From Polyangiaceae bacterium (lineage in GTDB: Bacteria; Myxococcota_A; Polyangia; Polyangiales; Polyangiaceae): a DNA stretch of 64,000 nucleotides. Positions 28,742 through 37,637 of the stretch are shown in pieces. Within the stretch, counting starts at the first letter, position 1. Each line of letters opens with the position of its first letter. Below the pieces are notes generated by a model. The model had not been told where the DNA came from, ran no database searches, and worked only from the letters and a program-made list of their open reading frames with translations. The stretch is from the NCBI GenBank assembly GCA_050287085.1, contig JBNKBE010000018.1, forward strand, positions 67,864-131,863. The letters are read 5' to 3'. Made by a program: the position numbers and the translations under genes.

Positions 28742-30964
28742 TCACGATGCGTCGGGCAAGCAGCTCTCAGCCAAGAGCTCCACCACGTCGAGCTGCCGCA
28801 CCGCCGTCTCTGACTCTAGGGACTTCAACCCATCGGTGAGCATCGTCATACAGAACGGGCAAGCACTCGACACGACCTCTGCCCCGGTCGCCAGCAGTTG
28901 TTTCGTCCGCTTCACATTCACCCGGTCCTTGTTCTGCTCTTCCATCCACATCTGTGCCCCTCCCGCACCGCAACATAGACCCTTGTTGCGCGTTGCTTCG
29001 GGCTCGACCAATTCAACGCCAGGAATGGCAGACAGTATCTTCCGTGGCGACTCGTAGATCTCGTTGTAGCGCCCCAAGTAGCAAGAGTCGTGATAGGTCA
29101 CGCGCGCACTGACCGCTTTTGATGGCTTCAGTCTGCCCTCCGCCACGAGCCTGAGCAGGAAGTCTGCGTGGTGTACGACCTCATAGCGTCCCCCAAAGTC
29201 CGGATACTCGTTGGCTAGAGTATTGAAGCAGTGCGGACAGGTCGTGAGAATCTGCTTCAGCCCTTGCTCCTGATAGCCGTTGAGCGTCTCGATGTTTGCT
29301 TCAGCGAGCATGCTGAAGAGATACTCATTGCCCGCCCGCCGCGCCGGATCGCCGGTGCAAGACTCCTCTTCTCCCAGAATGGCGAAATCCACCCCCGCGG
29401 CTTGCAGCAGTCGCGCCGTGTTGCGTGCGATACTCTTGGCGCGGTCGTCGTAACTGGCGGCGCATCCAACCCAATACAGCACCGGCGCCGAGGGTTTCTC
29501 ACTGGCCATGGGCACGTCGAGGCCCTCGGCCCACGTCGCTCGGTCCATGCGTGATAGATTCCATGGGTTGCCGTTGACTTCCATGCCCTCGAAGGGCTTT
29601 GCGAGCTCCGCCGGAAACTCCCCGTTGATGACAACTTGATTGCGTCGCATCTGCACGATCTTGTCGACATAGGTGATCATCACGGGGCATTGCTCTTCGC
29701 AAGCGCGACACGTGGTACACGCCCAGATTACATCCGGATCGATAACGTCAGATACGATGTTGGCGTCCACCTTCGAAGTCGCAGCGTCGCCTGGCTCATC
29801 GCTGGCAGGCGGAGCATTTTCCGCACCTTCGCCCGCCGCTCCGGCGCCGGAGGACCGCGCGATAAGCTCCTCTTGATGCTGATATAGGAAGTCACGCAGA
29901 TCCAGAGTTAGATGCTTCGGGCTCAGCTTCTTGCCGGTTGTAGCCGCCGGGCAGTTGTCACTGCAGCGACCGCACTCCGTACAGGTGTACATGTCGAGCA
30001 CGTCCTTCCACGAGAAGTGCTCGATTCGGGCGTAGCCAATGCGTGCCGCATTCATGTCGTCAGCTTCAGAGGCCGACTCCACTAGCTCCATCAACGACTC
30101 GGTGTTTTGGGCCAACGGGCGCAAGCGCCCCGGATGCGTGAGATCGCTGAAGAAGACATTCGGGATCGCCGTTATGACGTGAAAGTGCTTGGACCTGGGC
30201 AGCAGGTTCAAGAATACCAGCAACAGAACGGAGTGCGTCCAGAAGCCCGCGTGCGCAACACCAATCAACACCGCGGGACTGAGCGCCTCGAATACAACAG
30301 CCAATGCCGACCCCGCCGGATCGGGAAAGGCATGCCATTGCACGGCCTCGATGCTGGGGGCAAGCGGAGCGACGACGGTGCCGGCCGCCTCGCACCACGG
30401 CTCAGCCACGCTCGTTCCGCACCCGGCCCCCACCAGGGGCCGCAGCGCAAGCGATGCCCCATCGTATACCATGTCCGACACCATCATGATGACGATGATG
30501 AACAAGATAACCAGCCCCTCCGTGGAGAGGGCCATACGCTTCTGCTTGTTGAGCGTACGGTAGTAGATGAACACCCCACAACCAAGGAGTACCAGGGAGG
30601 CGAAGACATCCTTCAGGAAGCTATAGATCTCTCCCAGCGGTATGCCCAAGAACCCGTCAGGACCCAAAATCCACAGGTTGAAGTCTGGAACAAATCCCCT
30701 TCCCCACAACACTAGGCTGCGCAGCAAGAGCACCACGAAGCCCGCAAAAATGGTCTGGTGCGCAAGTCCGGCAAACAGATAGTAGCGCATCTTCTTCTGG
30801 AAGATGGCAAACGTCCAGACGCGGCCGAGGCGTGCGCCGACGTCGTCCATGCGCGACTCGAAAGTCGGCGCTCCCGCCTGAAGCAAGCGAAAGCGCGTAC
30901 GAGCGGTCGCCGCAAACAACCCCACCAAGCCGACGATCACTAGCCCCATCAAGAGCGGATTCAT
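28742..30964 (-). CDS. Membrane Fe-S oxidoreductase with CCG domains (FadF/HdrED-like)
   Basis: TM N-terminus with SKHFH; CTECGRCSDNCP and CTTCRACEEQCP; YHDSCYLGR and CCGAGG. Confidence 0.92.
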   Translation of the reverse strand: MNPLLMGLVIVGLVGLFAATARTRFRLLQAGAPTFESRMDDVGARLGRVWTFAIFQKKMRYYLFAGLAHQTIFAGFVVLLLRSLVLWGRGFVPDFNLWILGPDGFLGIPLGEIYSFLKDVFASLVLLGCGVFIYYRTLNKQKRMALSTEGLVILFIIVIMMVSDMVYDGASLALRPLVGAGCGTSVAEPWCEAAGTVVAPLAPSIEAVQWHAFPDPAGSALAVVFEALSPAVLIGVAHAGFWTHSVLLLVFLNLLPRSKHFHVITAIPNVFFSDLTHPGRLRPLAQNTESLMELVESASEADDMNAARIGYARIEHFSWKDVLDMYTCTECGRCSDNCPAATTGKKLSPKHLTLDLRDFLYQHQEELIARSSGAGAAGEGAENAPPASDEPGDAATSKVDANIVSDVIDPDVIWACTTCRACEEQCPVMITYVDKIVQMRRNQVVINGEFPAELAKPFEGMEVNGNPWNLSRMDRATWAEGLDVPMASEKPSAPVLYWVGCAASYDDRAKSIARNTARLLQAAGVDFAILGEEESCTGDPARRAGNEYLFSMLAEANIETLNGYQEQGLKQILTTCPHCFNTLANEYPDFGGRYEVVHHADFLLRLVAEGRLKPSKAVSARVTYHDSCYLGRYNEIYESPRKILSAIPGVELVEPEATRNKGLCCGAGGAQMWMEEQNKDRVNVKRTKQLLATGAEVVSSACPFCMTMLTDGLKSLESETAVRQLDVVELLAESCLPDAS

Positions 30965-31058
30965 GCGGGTAGCTTAGCGCGGATCGGCACGCGGGCAGCA
31001 GAAACCTGCTGCCGAGCACCCTGGCGCAAGACCCCGGCCCGGATCCGCTAGTCCGACC

Positions 31059-31616
31059 CTAGAAGCGCAACTCGAGCTCTCGCGTTTGCTCAAGCGCGAC
31101 AAGCTCCACCTGCTCGTGGTGCGCTTGTGAACCAAGACGTGCCGTGACGAAGACGCGTACTGGGCCCGGCAGGTTCGACATCCTGCGCAGCACAATCCGC
31201 AGGCGGTAGCGCCCCGGCGTAGCCTCGATGCTGTCACCCGCGCGCAGGAGAAAGGCCTGGTAGCCACCCTGGGCGAGGCTCGAGCTGGAGGTGACCCACT
31301 CGAAAGGCGCCTCAGGATCCCCGGCCGCCGCTGCCAGCTCACCGCTGGGTTCAAATAGCAACGCTTCGACAGCCGCCCCCGGAGCGCGCCACGCGGCAAC
31401 AAAACCGGGGCGCGTCAGTTCGCTACGACATCCCTCGTCAACCAACCCGTTGCAGTTGTCGTCGATGCCATCACCACAGACCTCCCCGGGTTGAGGCAAA
31501 CATACCATCGACGAAGACTGCGTCGAGCCTGCCGCTCGGGGAAAGTCGCGAGCACACGCCACGAGCAAAGCCGTCAACAGCAGACCCAAGCTCAGCCCAC
31601 AGAGCTGCAACCTCAC
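31059..31616 (-). CDS. Lipoprotein with a MopE-type putative metal-binding motif
   Basis: Lipobox LVA-C; EVCGDGIDDNCNGLVDEGC. Confidence 0.75.
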   Translation of the reverse strand: MRLQLCGLSLGLLLTALLVACARDFPRAAGSTQSSSMVCLPQPGEVCGDGIDDNCNGLVDEGCRSELTRPGFVAAWRAPGAAVEALLFEPSGELAAAAGDPEAPFEWVTSSSSLAQGGYQAFLLRAGDSIEATPGRYRLRIVLRRMSNLPGPVRVFVTARLGSQAHHEQVELVALEQTRELELRF

Positions 31617-31680
31617 AAGACGACCGTAGGGAGGATGTCAGGGCCCACGGAACCCGATCTCCGTGAGCCCAGAATGACGA

Positions 31681-34182
31681 CTACTTCTCTTCCTCAAAGC
31701 TACGCACTGCCGTGGTGACCAGCTCCGGGTTCACCAACTCGTGGTAGGCCTCGCGAGCGAGCGTGCCGGTCTCACCCGCCTCGTTGCGCAAGGCAAGCAA
31801 CACACCCTGCTCGGACATGAACTGCAGCGCCCGAATCGCTCCTGCGCGCTTGGCGCCGTCATCGCCCTTGGCCAGCTGCATCAAGCGTCCGCGAAGGACG
31901 ACGCGAGTGAACGAGTGCGGCCCGTTGTCGTAGATCAAATTGTCGAGCTGACGGATGAGCTGAACCCGTACCCACTGCTGAGGCGTGTCCTGCAGCTCGA
32001 CGCGACTGGCGGCGACGGCATTGTCGACGAAACGGAACAAGTGCCCCTTCTCCAAGTCGTCGTGAGACCAGTAGCCGAAGCTCTTGTACCACATCTCCTG
32101 GAGCTCATCCATGGCGCTCCGAGGCGCGTCGGCGAGCCCCGCCAAGGCACGCGCCGCAACGTCCGGGGTGCCGCCGAGCATGAGCGCCAGCGCCGCGTCG
32201 AGACGCAACGACTCGTCCTTCAGCAACTCGAAGAGCTTGGCCTCTACGTCGGGGGTAACCCCCGCTTTGCCGATTGCGCGGGCAACCTGGTGACGCACCT
32301 TGAATTCGGCCTCGGGGCGCAGCATCGGCAAGAGCGCAGCGGCAGTCCCCTGAACGGGCCGTTGTACAAGCCCTTCGAGTAGGCACCAGCGCCGCGTCTG
32401 ATCCGCCTGCTCTTGGCCGCCGTACTCGCCGATCTTCTCGGCGATCTTGATCATCCCATCGTCGTCTGCCACCCAAGCAAGGGCCGCACATGCTTCCTGA
32501 CGGCTCTGTTCATTTTGCTTGGGGTCTTCAATGTACTCCATCAGGGGTTCAAAGGCTTTCCCAACCTGCCACTCGCTGAGCCCCTGAGACGCGCCCAAGC
32601 CCACGGCTCGGAGGGTCATCCCCAAGATCGCAAGGCCACCGCCGAGCAGCGCATCCATGGTCACATCGAGATCAGCCTCCTTGCGCTTGAGTTGATCGAT
32701 CAGACGACCGTAGTACTTGTCGTTCTTCAGCATGCCCACGTAGCGGAGCGCGCTCTGCGCGATCACCCATTCCTCGGGCATGGGTGGCTGCTGTCCCATC
32801 AACGGCAATGGCTGTTTGGGGAACGCCCACTCGTCGAGCTTCTTGAGGTGAAGCTTGGAATCCAGAAGTGTGAGTGCGCGCAATCCGTTCGCGTGAGGGG
32901 ACGGCAACGAGGTTATCCACTGCCACAACGCGTGCTCGGCTTCGTCGCGAATCTGCTCTTGCTTGTCCGGATGCATCACGACGAGATCCGCCACCATGCG
33001 AGCCGCTTCAACGCGCTCCTTGTTGTTGCGCTTGAGCAACTGCTCGTAGTCGGTATCGTCGCTGTAGATCTTCTCGGAGTCCTGGCGCAATCGCGTAGCC
33101 AAAGCTGGCACAGCACGAACGTCTCCCACCGCAGCGAGCGCACGCGCGGCGCGATACTTCCAGTGGGGATGAGACGTCTCTTGCAAGTAGGCGTAGAGCG
33201 CGTCGGCGCCGCTCGGATCGTTGAGCGCGTCGATCATCTTGAAGATCTGCTCGGTCTGGTGCCACTCCTTGGTCTTGCTCTCCGTGCTTACGGTCTCGAA
33301 CCCAAGCACCAGTCCGGCAGAGCCAATTCCATCCCGAAGCGCACTCAGATACTCTGCGCGCTCTTCGGGCCGTTGACCACGCATAGCGTCAACCAAAGGC
33401 TGGCGTGCGCGTTCGTCCCCGATCTTGCCCAGACCCGGTGCTGCTTGATGCGCCACCGACTTGTCAGGATCTTGCACCAAGGCAATCAACTGCTCGGTAT
33501 ACTTTGAGTCGGCCTTACGGGAAAGCACAGTGGCTACCAGTTGCCGTACGGCAGGGCTTTCGTCTTTGTAGAGAGACGCCAGCTGATCGAGACTGATCAA
33601 GTCGACGATCACCCCGGGGTCGAAAGCATTCCCGCCCCCGAGGCGCTGCACCTTCGACAGATGGCCCGCACGGTACAGAGCCATGATCTCTTCAAAAGCC
33701 CCCGCCTCACGCAGAACCGCAAGCGCCCACGCAATCTGCGGCTTTGACTCCGGCCCCGCCTCCTTCAATGCGGCCAGCAACGCCGGCTTCGCTTTCTCCG
33801 CAGACGGCAAACCGAAATGAGCCAGGGCGAGCGCTGCTTGAGAGCGAATCTTCTGCTCGGGGTCTTTCAAGGCGGCCATCGCCAGGTCAACTCCCGTCGG
33901 ATCCCCTGCCCAGGCAAGTTGCTTTAGCGCCTCTTCCTTCAGGTAGGGGCTTGTCGTTCCCGCCGCATACTTGCGAAACTCGGCAACCTGCTCCTCTTTG
34001 GGCAGCACGAGAATGCGCTTCTTTTCCAAGGCAGCCTGACTCGGCTCGAGCATCTCCCCATCGGAGCTCATCAGCGCCGCCACCACCCCGCCGCCGATCC
34101 CAACAGCGGCGAGCAAGAGCACAATCGCCACGATTGGCTTGGACTTGCTCTTGCCAAAATTCATTTCATCGACGTCGTACAT
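31681..34182 (-). CDS. HEAT-repeat membrane-anchored protein
   Basis: N-terminal TM helix; repeated DP..(I/V)R..AA.AL HEAT motifs; SD GAGG upstream. Confidence 0.85.
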   Translation of the reverse strand: MYDVDEMNFGKSKSKPIVAIVLLLAAVGIGGGVVAALMSSDGEMLEPSQAALEKKRILVLPKEEQVAEFRKYAAGTTSPYLKEEALKQLAWAGDPTGVDLAMAALKDPEQKIRSQAALALAHFGLPSAEKAKPALLAALKEAGPESKPQIAWALAVLREAGAFEEIMALYRAGHLSKVQRLGGGNAFDPGVIVDLISLDQLASLYKDESPAVRQLVATVLSRKADSKYTEQLIALVQDPDKSVAHQAAPGLGKIGDERARQPLVDAMRGQRPEERAEYLSALRDGIGSAGLVLGFETVSTESKTKEWHQTEQIFKMIDALNDPSGADALYAYLQETSHPHWKYRAARALAAVGDVRAVPALATRLRQDSEKIYSDDTDYEQLLKRNNKERVEAARMVADLVVMHPDKQEQIRDEAEHALWQWITSLPSPHANGLRALTLLDSKLHLKKLDEWAFPKQPLPLMGQQPPMPEEWVIAQSALRYVGMLKNDKYYGRLIDQLKRKEADLDVTMDALLGGGLAILGMTLRAVGLGASQGLSEWQVGKAFEPLMEYIEDPKQNEQSRQEACAALAWVADDDGMIKIAEKIGEYGGQEQADQTRRWCLLEGLVQRPVQGTAAALLPMLRPEAEFKVRHQVARAIGKAGVTPDVEAKLFELLKDESLRLDAALALMLGGTPDVAARALAGLADAPRSAMDELQEMWYKSFGYWSHDDLEKGHLFRFVDNAVAASRVELQDTPQQWVRVQLIRQLDNLIYDNGPHSFTRVVLRGRLMQLAKGDDGAKRAGAIRALQFMSEQGVLLALRNEAGETGTLAREAYHELVNPELVTTAVRSFEEEK

Positions 34183-34414
34183 CGCATCCTCTCAGGAAAC
34201 CTCGTCACGGACGCCCGCTCGAGGGCGCGCCACCGTATCTCAAGCAGCGCAAGGGGTGGGGCGCCCCGAACCGAGCACCGTATCTCAACGCAAAGTTCCA
34301 CCCCGACCACACAGTGGCGAAGACTCCCCCTTCGGCTGACCGTTAGAGACGAACGCCGCTTGCCCCTGAGAAAGGGCACGCAAGCCCCCCAGAAACCTGC
34401 AAAAATCCAGAGCT

Positions 34415-35125
34415 ATGGGTCCCCGCGCCAGAGGCGCCGAGTTCGGCGCACGTCATCCCCTGCGCGTGGCCAGCCTGGTCACCGTAGCCATTGGTGTGTT
34501 GGCGCGCGTACTGCCCCTCGATTGGGCGGGTACGAGCGTGGGTCTGGCCTTCTTTGGCGCCAGCTACTGGCTGGTCTTGCGGGGCTCCAACCAGCAGATC
34601 AAGGCGGCTGGTCTGAGCCTGGGTGGCCTATTCACACCCGAGCCGCTCCGCCTTGACCATGTCCTGCGCGCCACCCGAACGAGCCTCTTATGGTGTGTGG
34701 CCGCCGCCCTGATCTTCTTCCCTCCCTACGCCCTCGGTCATCATCTCTACTTCGCCACCGCTGAGCCCTTCGCCTTTTCGCTGGGCCCGGACGGCTTTGA
34801 TCTGGCTGCGCATCACCTGATCGCCGTGGCGCTCCCGGAGGAGATGTTCTACCGCGGCTACCTCCAGAGTGCCCTGGACCCCCACTGGCCCGCCACCCGC
34901 CGCGTCTTCGGCGCGCGCGTCGGCTGGAGCCTGCTCGTCACAAGCGCGATCTTCGCCCTGGGCCATCTGATCGCCACCCCCTCCCTGGGTCGCCTCAGCG
35001 TCTTCTTTCCGTCCTTGGCGTTTGGTTGGCTCCGTGCTCGCACCGGCGGCATCGGAGCGTCCGTCCTATTCCATGCACTCTGCAACCTCTTGTCCACCGG
35101 CTTGGCGCAAGGCGCTGTGCACTGA
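34415..35125 (+). CDS. CPBP (type II CAAX) glutamic intramembrane protease, myxosortase-like
   Basis: EEMFYRG, FALGH and HALCN catalytic motifs; RLSVFFPSLAFGWLR. Confidence 0.88.
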   Translation: MGPRARGAEFGARHPLRVASLVTVAIGVLARVLPLDWAGTSVGLAFFGASYWLVLRGSNQQIKAAGLSLGGLFTPEPLRLDHVLRATRTSLLWCVAAALIFFPPYALGHHLYFATAEPFAFSLGPDGFDLAAHHLIAVALPEEMFYRGYLQSALDPHWPATRRVFGARVGWSLLVTSAIFALGHLIATPSLGRLSVFFPSLAFGWLRARTGGIGASVLFHALCNLLSTGLAQGAVH

Positions 35126-35292
35126 GTACGCCCTCGGACATCAACGCTTTGTGGCTGCGATATCGTTCGGACCTGGGCGCTCAACGCACACGCGGTGAAA
35201 CCGAGACCTCGGCAAGCGAAGGGAAACGAGAAAACGCGGCGCTCGACGCCGAATGTCTAGGGCATTGTCCTCAAGAGGTGTAGAAGGCCGCC

Positions 35293-36666
35293 ATGTCGAC
35301 CTCGCCCGCACCGACCGCGGCGATCTTGCGGCGGCTATTGTCGCTAGCCTGGCCTGTCGTGATCCAGCGCGCAACGCAGTCAGTGATAGGACTTGCAGAT
35401 GCGCTGATGGTGGCCCCCCTTGGCGAAGCATCTTTGGCCGCCGTTACGACGGGAAGCCTCAACGCATTTGTGGTCATCATCTTGCCGATGGGAACGGTGT
35501 TCATCGTGCAGAGTTTTGCTGCGCAGCTGGCGGCAAAACAGCAATGGGCCACGGCTAGACACTACGGCTGGTACGGCCTCGGCGTGGCCGGCGTGGCGGC
35601 CATAGCTGGAGCCTTGGCCATTCTCGCAGTACCCAGCGGCGTGGCTTCATTGGGCTACCCTTCCGAGGTAGACACGCTACTTATAGCTTATCTGTCGATT
35701 CGACTTATCTCGGTCGGACCTGCCGTGGCCACCGAAGCGTTGTGCAATTGGTACGGAGGACTCGGCAATACGCGGCTCGCGATGATTTGCGGACTGAGCG
35801 CAATGGGCGCCAACTTGGGCTTGAACTACCTCTTGATCGAGCCGCGCTTGGGGCTTCCGGGGTACGGCGTGGCGGGCGCGGCCACCGCCAGCGTTGCGGC
35901 AAGCTGTATCGGTCTTCTTCCCGTGTTATACGCGTTCTTGGCGCGGCTCGGCATGCCCCAGCGCGCCGCCGCCACGCCGCTGTCCTGGGCAGAAGTCACG
36001 CGCATGCTGCGCTTTGGCCTCCCGAGTGGCGTAAACTGGTTTCTCGAGTTCGGCGCATTTGTTCTTTTCATCAATCTCGTCATAGGTCACCTCGGCACGA
36101 GCGCGATGGCGGCATTCAACGTCGTGATCCAACTGAGTTCCGTTGCCTTCATGCCGGCATTCGGAGTCGGCACCAGCGTGGCCATCTTGGTCGGGGAAGC
36201 GATAGGACAGCAGCGGAAGGACCACGTTCCACAGCTGGTGCGCATCGGCCTGACGGTGACAGGTCTCTGGATGGTCTCCATCGGGCTCAGCTACGTCCTG
36301 GTGCCGGAATGGCTCATGTCATTCTTCGACGCCGACAAGGGCTCAGAATTCATGGCACTGGGGGTACACATGCTCTTCTACGGGTGCCTCTGGCAACTCT
36401 TCGACGCGCTTGGCATAACGCTAGGTGAATCACTGCGCGCCGCGGGCGACACCGCCTGGCCGATGTGGATGCGCATCGCCCTGGCGTGGGGCTTCTTCAT
36501 GCCCGGTTCGTGGTGGATGGTGGTCCGCGGCGGGGGTGGTGTAGATACCGCCATGAGTTGGATCATCGTCTATATGGCCCTGCTTTCCGCCGCCTTGATT
36601 GCGCGTTTCGCGTCCGGCCGCTGGCGGCAAATCGAACTCGTAGAAGAGACGGCCCTATTGAGCTAG
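35293..36666 (+). CDS. MATE family efflux transporter
   Basis: LAWPVV, DALMVAPLG, GLGNTR, GVAGAATAS and LRAAGDT motifs; about 12 TM helices. Confidence 0.93.
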   Translation: MSTSPAPTAAILRRLLSLAWPVVIQRATQSVIGLADALMVAPLGEASLAAVTTGSLNAFVVIILPMGTVFIVQSFAAQLAAKQQWATARHYGWYGLGVAGVAAIAGALAILAVPSGVASLGYPSEVDTLLIAYLSIRLISVGPAVATEALCNWYGGLGNTRLAMICGLSAMGANLGLNYLLIEPRLGLPGYGVAGAATASVAASCIGLLPVLYAFLARLGMPQRAAATPLSWAEVTRMLRFGLPSGVNWFLEFGAFVLFINLVIGHLGTSAMAAFNVVIQLSSVAFMPAFGVGTSVAILVGEAIGQQRKDHVPQLVRIGLTVTGLWMVSIGLSYVLVPEWLMSFFDADKGSEFMALGVHMLFYGCLWQLFDALGITLGESLRAAGDTAWPMWMRIALAWGFFMPGSWWMVVRGGGGVDTAMSWIIVYMALLSAALIARFASGRWRQIELVEETALLS

Positions 36667-36746
36667 GGGTCCGCGGTCGGCCGGCGTAGTGTTGCGTTCC
36701 CGTCCGGGGGCCCTAGCCCCAGGCGCCGCCTTGGATCGATATCCCC

Positions 36747-37550
36747 CTACGAAGGCGAGCGAGCGCGTCGTGTCGAACGCATCGCGGCCACGCGCGCCTC
36801 GAGCCACGTGGCATGGGCGCGATACATGCACGCGTGTTGGTGCAACGCCGGAAGGCCAGCACGCGAGCTGTGGGCATCGGTCCAAACGGCCAGAGTTCTG
36901 ATTCTGTCAACAGCCGTGTCCAGACAGCTCAGCGTCGAAAGGGGGTTTTCCGTGCCCCTGGAGTAGCTCTCGAGAAAACGGCGGACACGCTCGAGCGTCT
37001 CGCTCCACGAAAACGGTGAACTCTCCACGGTGCCCGGCGGCTCAACCAGCGGTGGATAGAGCGGAACAAAGCGATAGAGCGCGTAGGCGATATCCCAGAT
37101 GCGAGGTCCAGGCGCACAGGCATCGAAATCGATAAGCGCAACCAAGCGCTGCGCGCGAAACACGCAATTGTAGGGAGCAAAGTCGTTGTGACAGATCACC
37201 TCGGCTGGTACCCGCGGCGCAAGCCCCCAGGCGGCTCCTGGCGCACAATAGTCAACCGTCGCGTCATGCCAGCTACGAAGCATGGAGGCGGCATCATCGA
37301 GAATCGAGTCAGCCCACAACCAAGGCAATAGTTCACCAGGCACCTCTCCCGGGATGTAGGTCAGCACCTGGCGTCCCTGCTCATCGAACCCAAGCGGCTC
37401 TGGCACGCAGCTCAAGCCCTTGGCGCGGACATGTTGCAATAGCGCAGCTACGGGGCCCGACCACGGCCCAGCCGTGCGCCGGACCGTTTGCCCGATCCGA
37501 CATGCAGCTGCGACATTCCCACCAGGAAGTGCCTCTTCGATATCAGGCAT
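36747..37550 (-). CDS. Aminoglycoside phosphotransferase-like kinase (APH family)
   Basis: LPGGN, ICHNDFAPYN, LIDFD and WDIAYA motifs. Confidence 0.85.
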   Translation of the reverse strand: MPDIEEALPGGNVAAACRIGQTVRRTAGPWSGPVAALLQHVRAKGLSCVPEPLGFDEQGRQVLTYIPGEVPGELLPWLWADSILDDAASMLRSWHDATVDYCAPGAAWGLAPRVPAEVICHNDFAPYNCVFRAQRLVALIDFDACAPGPRIWDIAYALYRFVPLYPPLVEPPGTVESSPFSWSETLERVRRFLESYSRGTENPLSTLSCLDTAVDRIRTLAVWTDAHSSRAGLPALHQHACMYRAHATWLEARVAAMRSTRRARSPS

Positions 37551-37637
37551 CAAAGTCTCGACCGCGTTGTTGGCAGGAATGGTGAGAGTTCCGGAACTGG
37601 AAGCCGAGAGGGCCCCTTGGACAACAAGGCGCCCCGT

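Noticed and set aside
15093..33507. Other long antisense ORFs (15093-16184, 23296-24264, 32413-33507)
   Set aside because: Each lies opposite a well-supported gene and has no recognisable motifs.
36747..37550. Bona fide aminoglycoside resistance gene paired with the MATE pump
   Set aside because: Only general APH-fold motifs are visible, the substrate cannot be inferred, and the genes are convergent rather than operonic.
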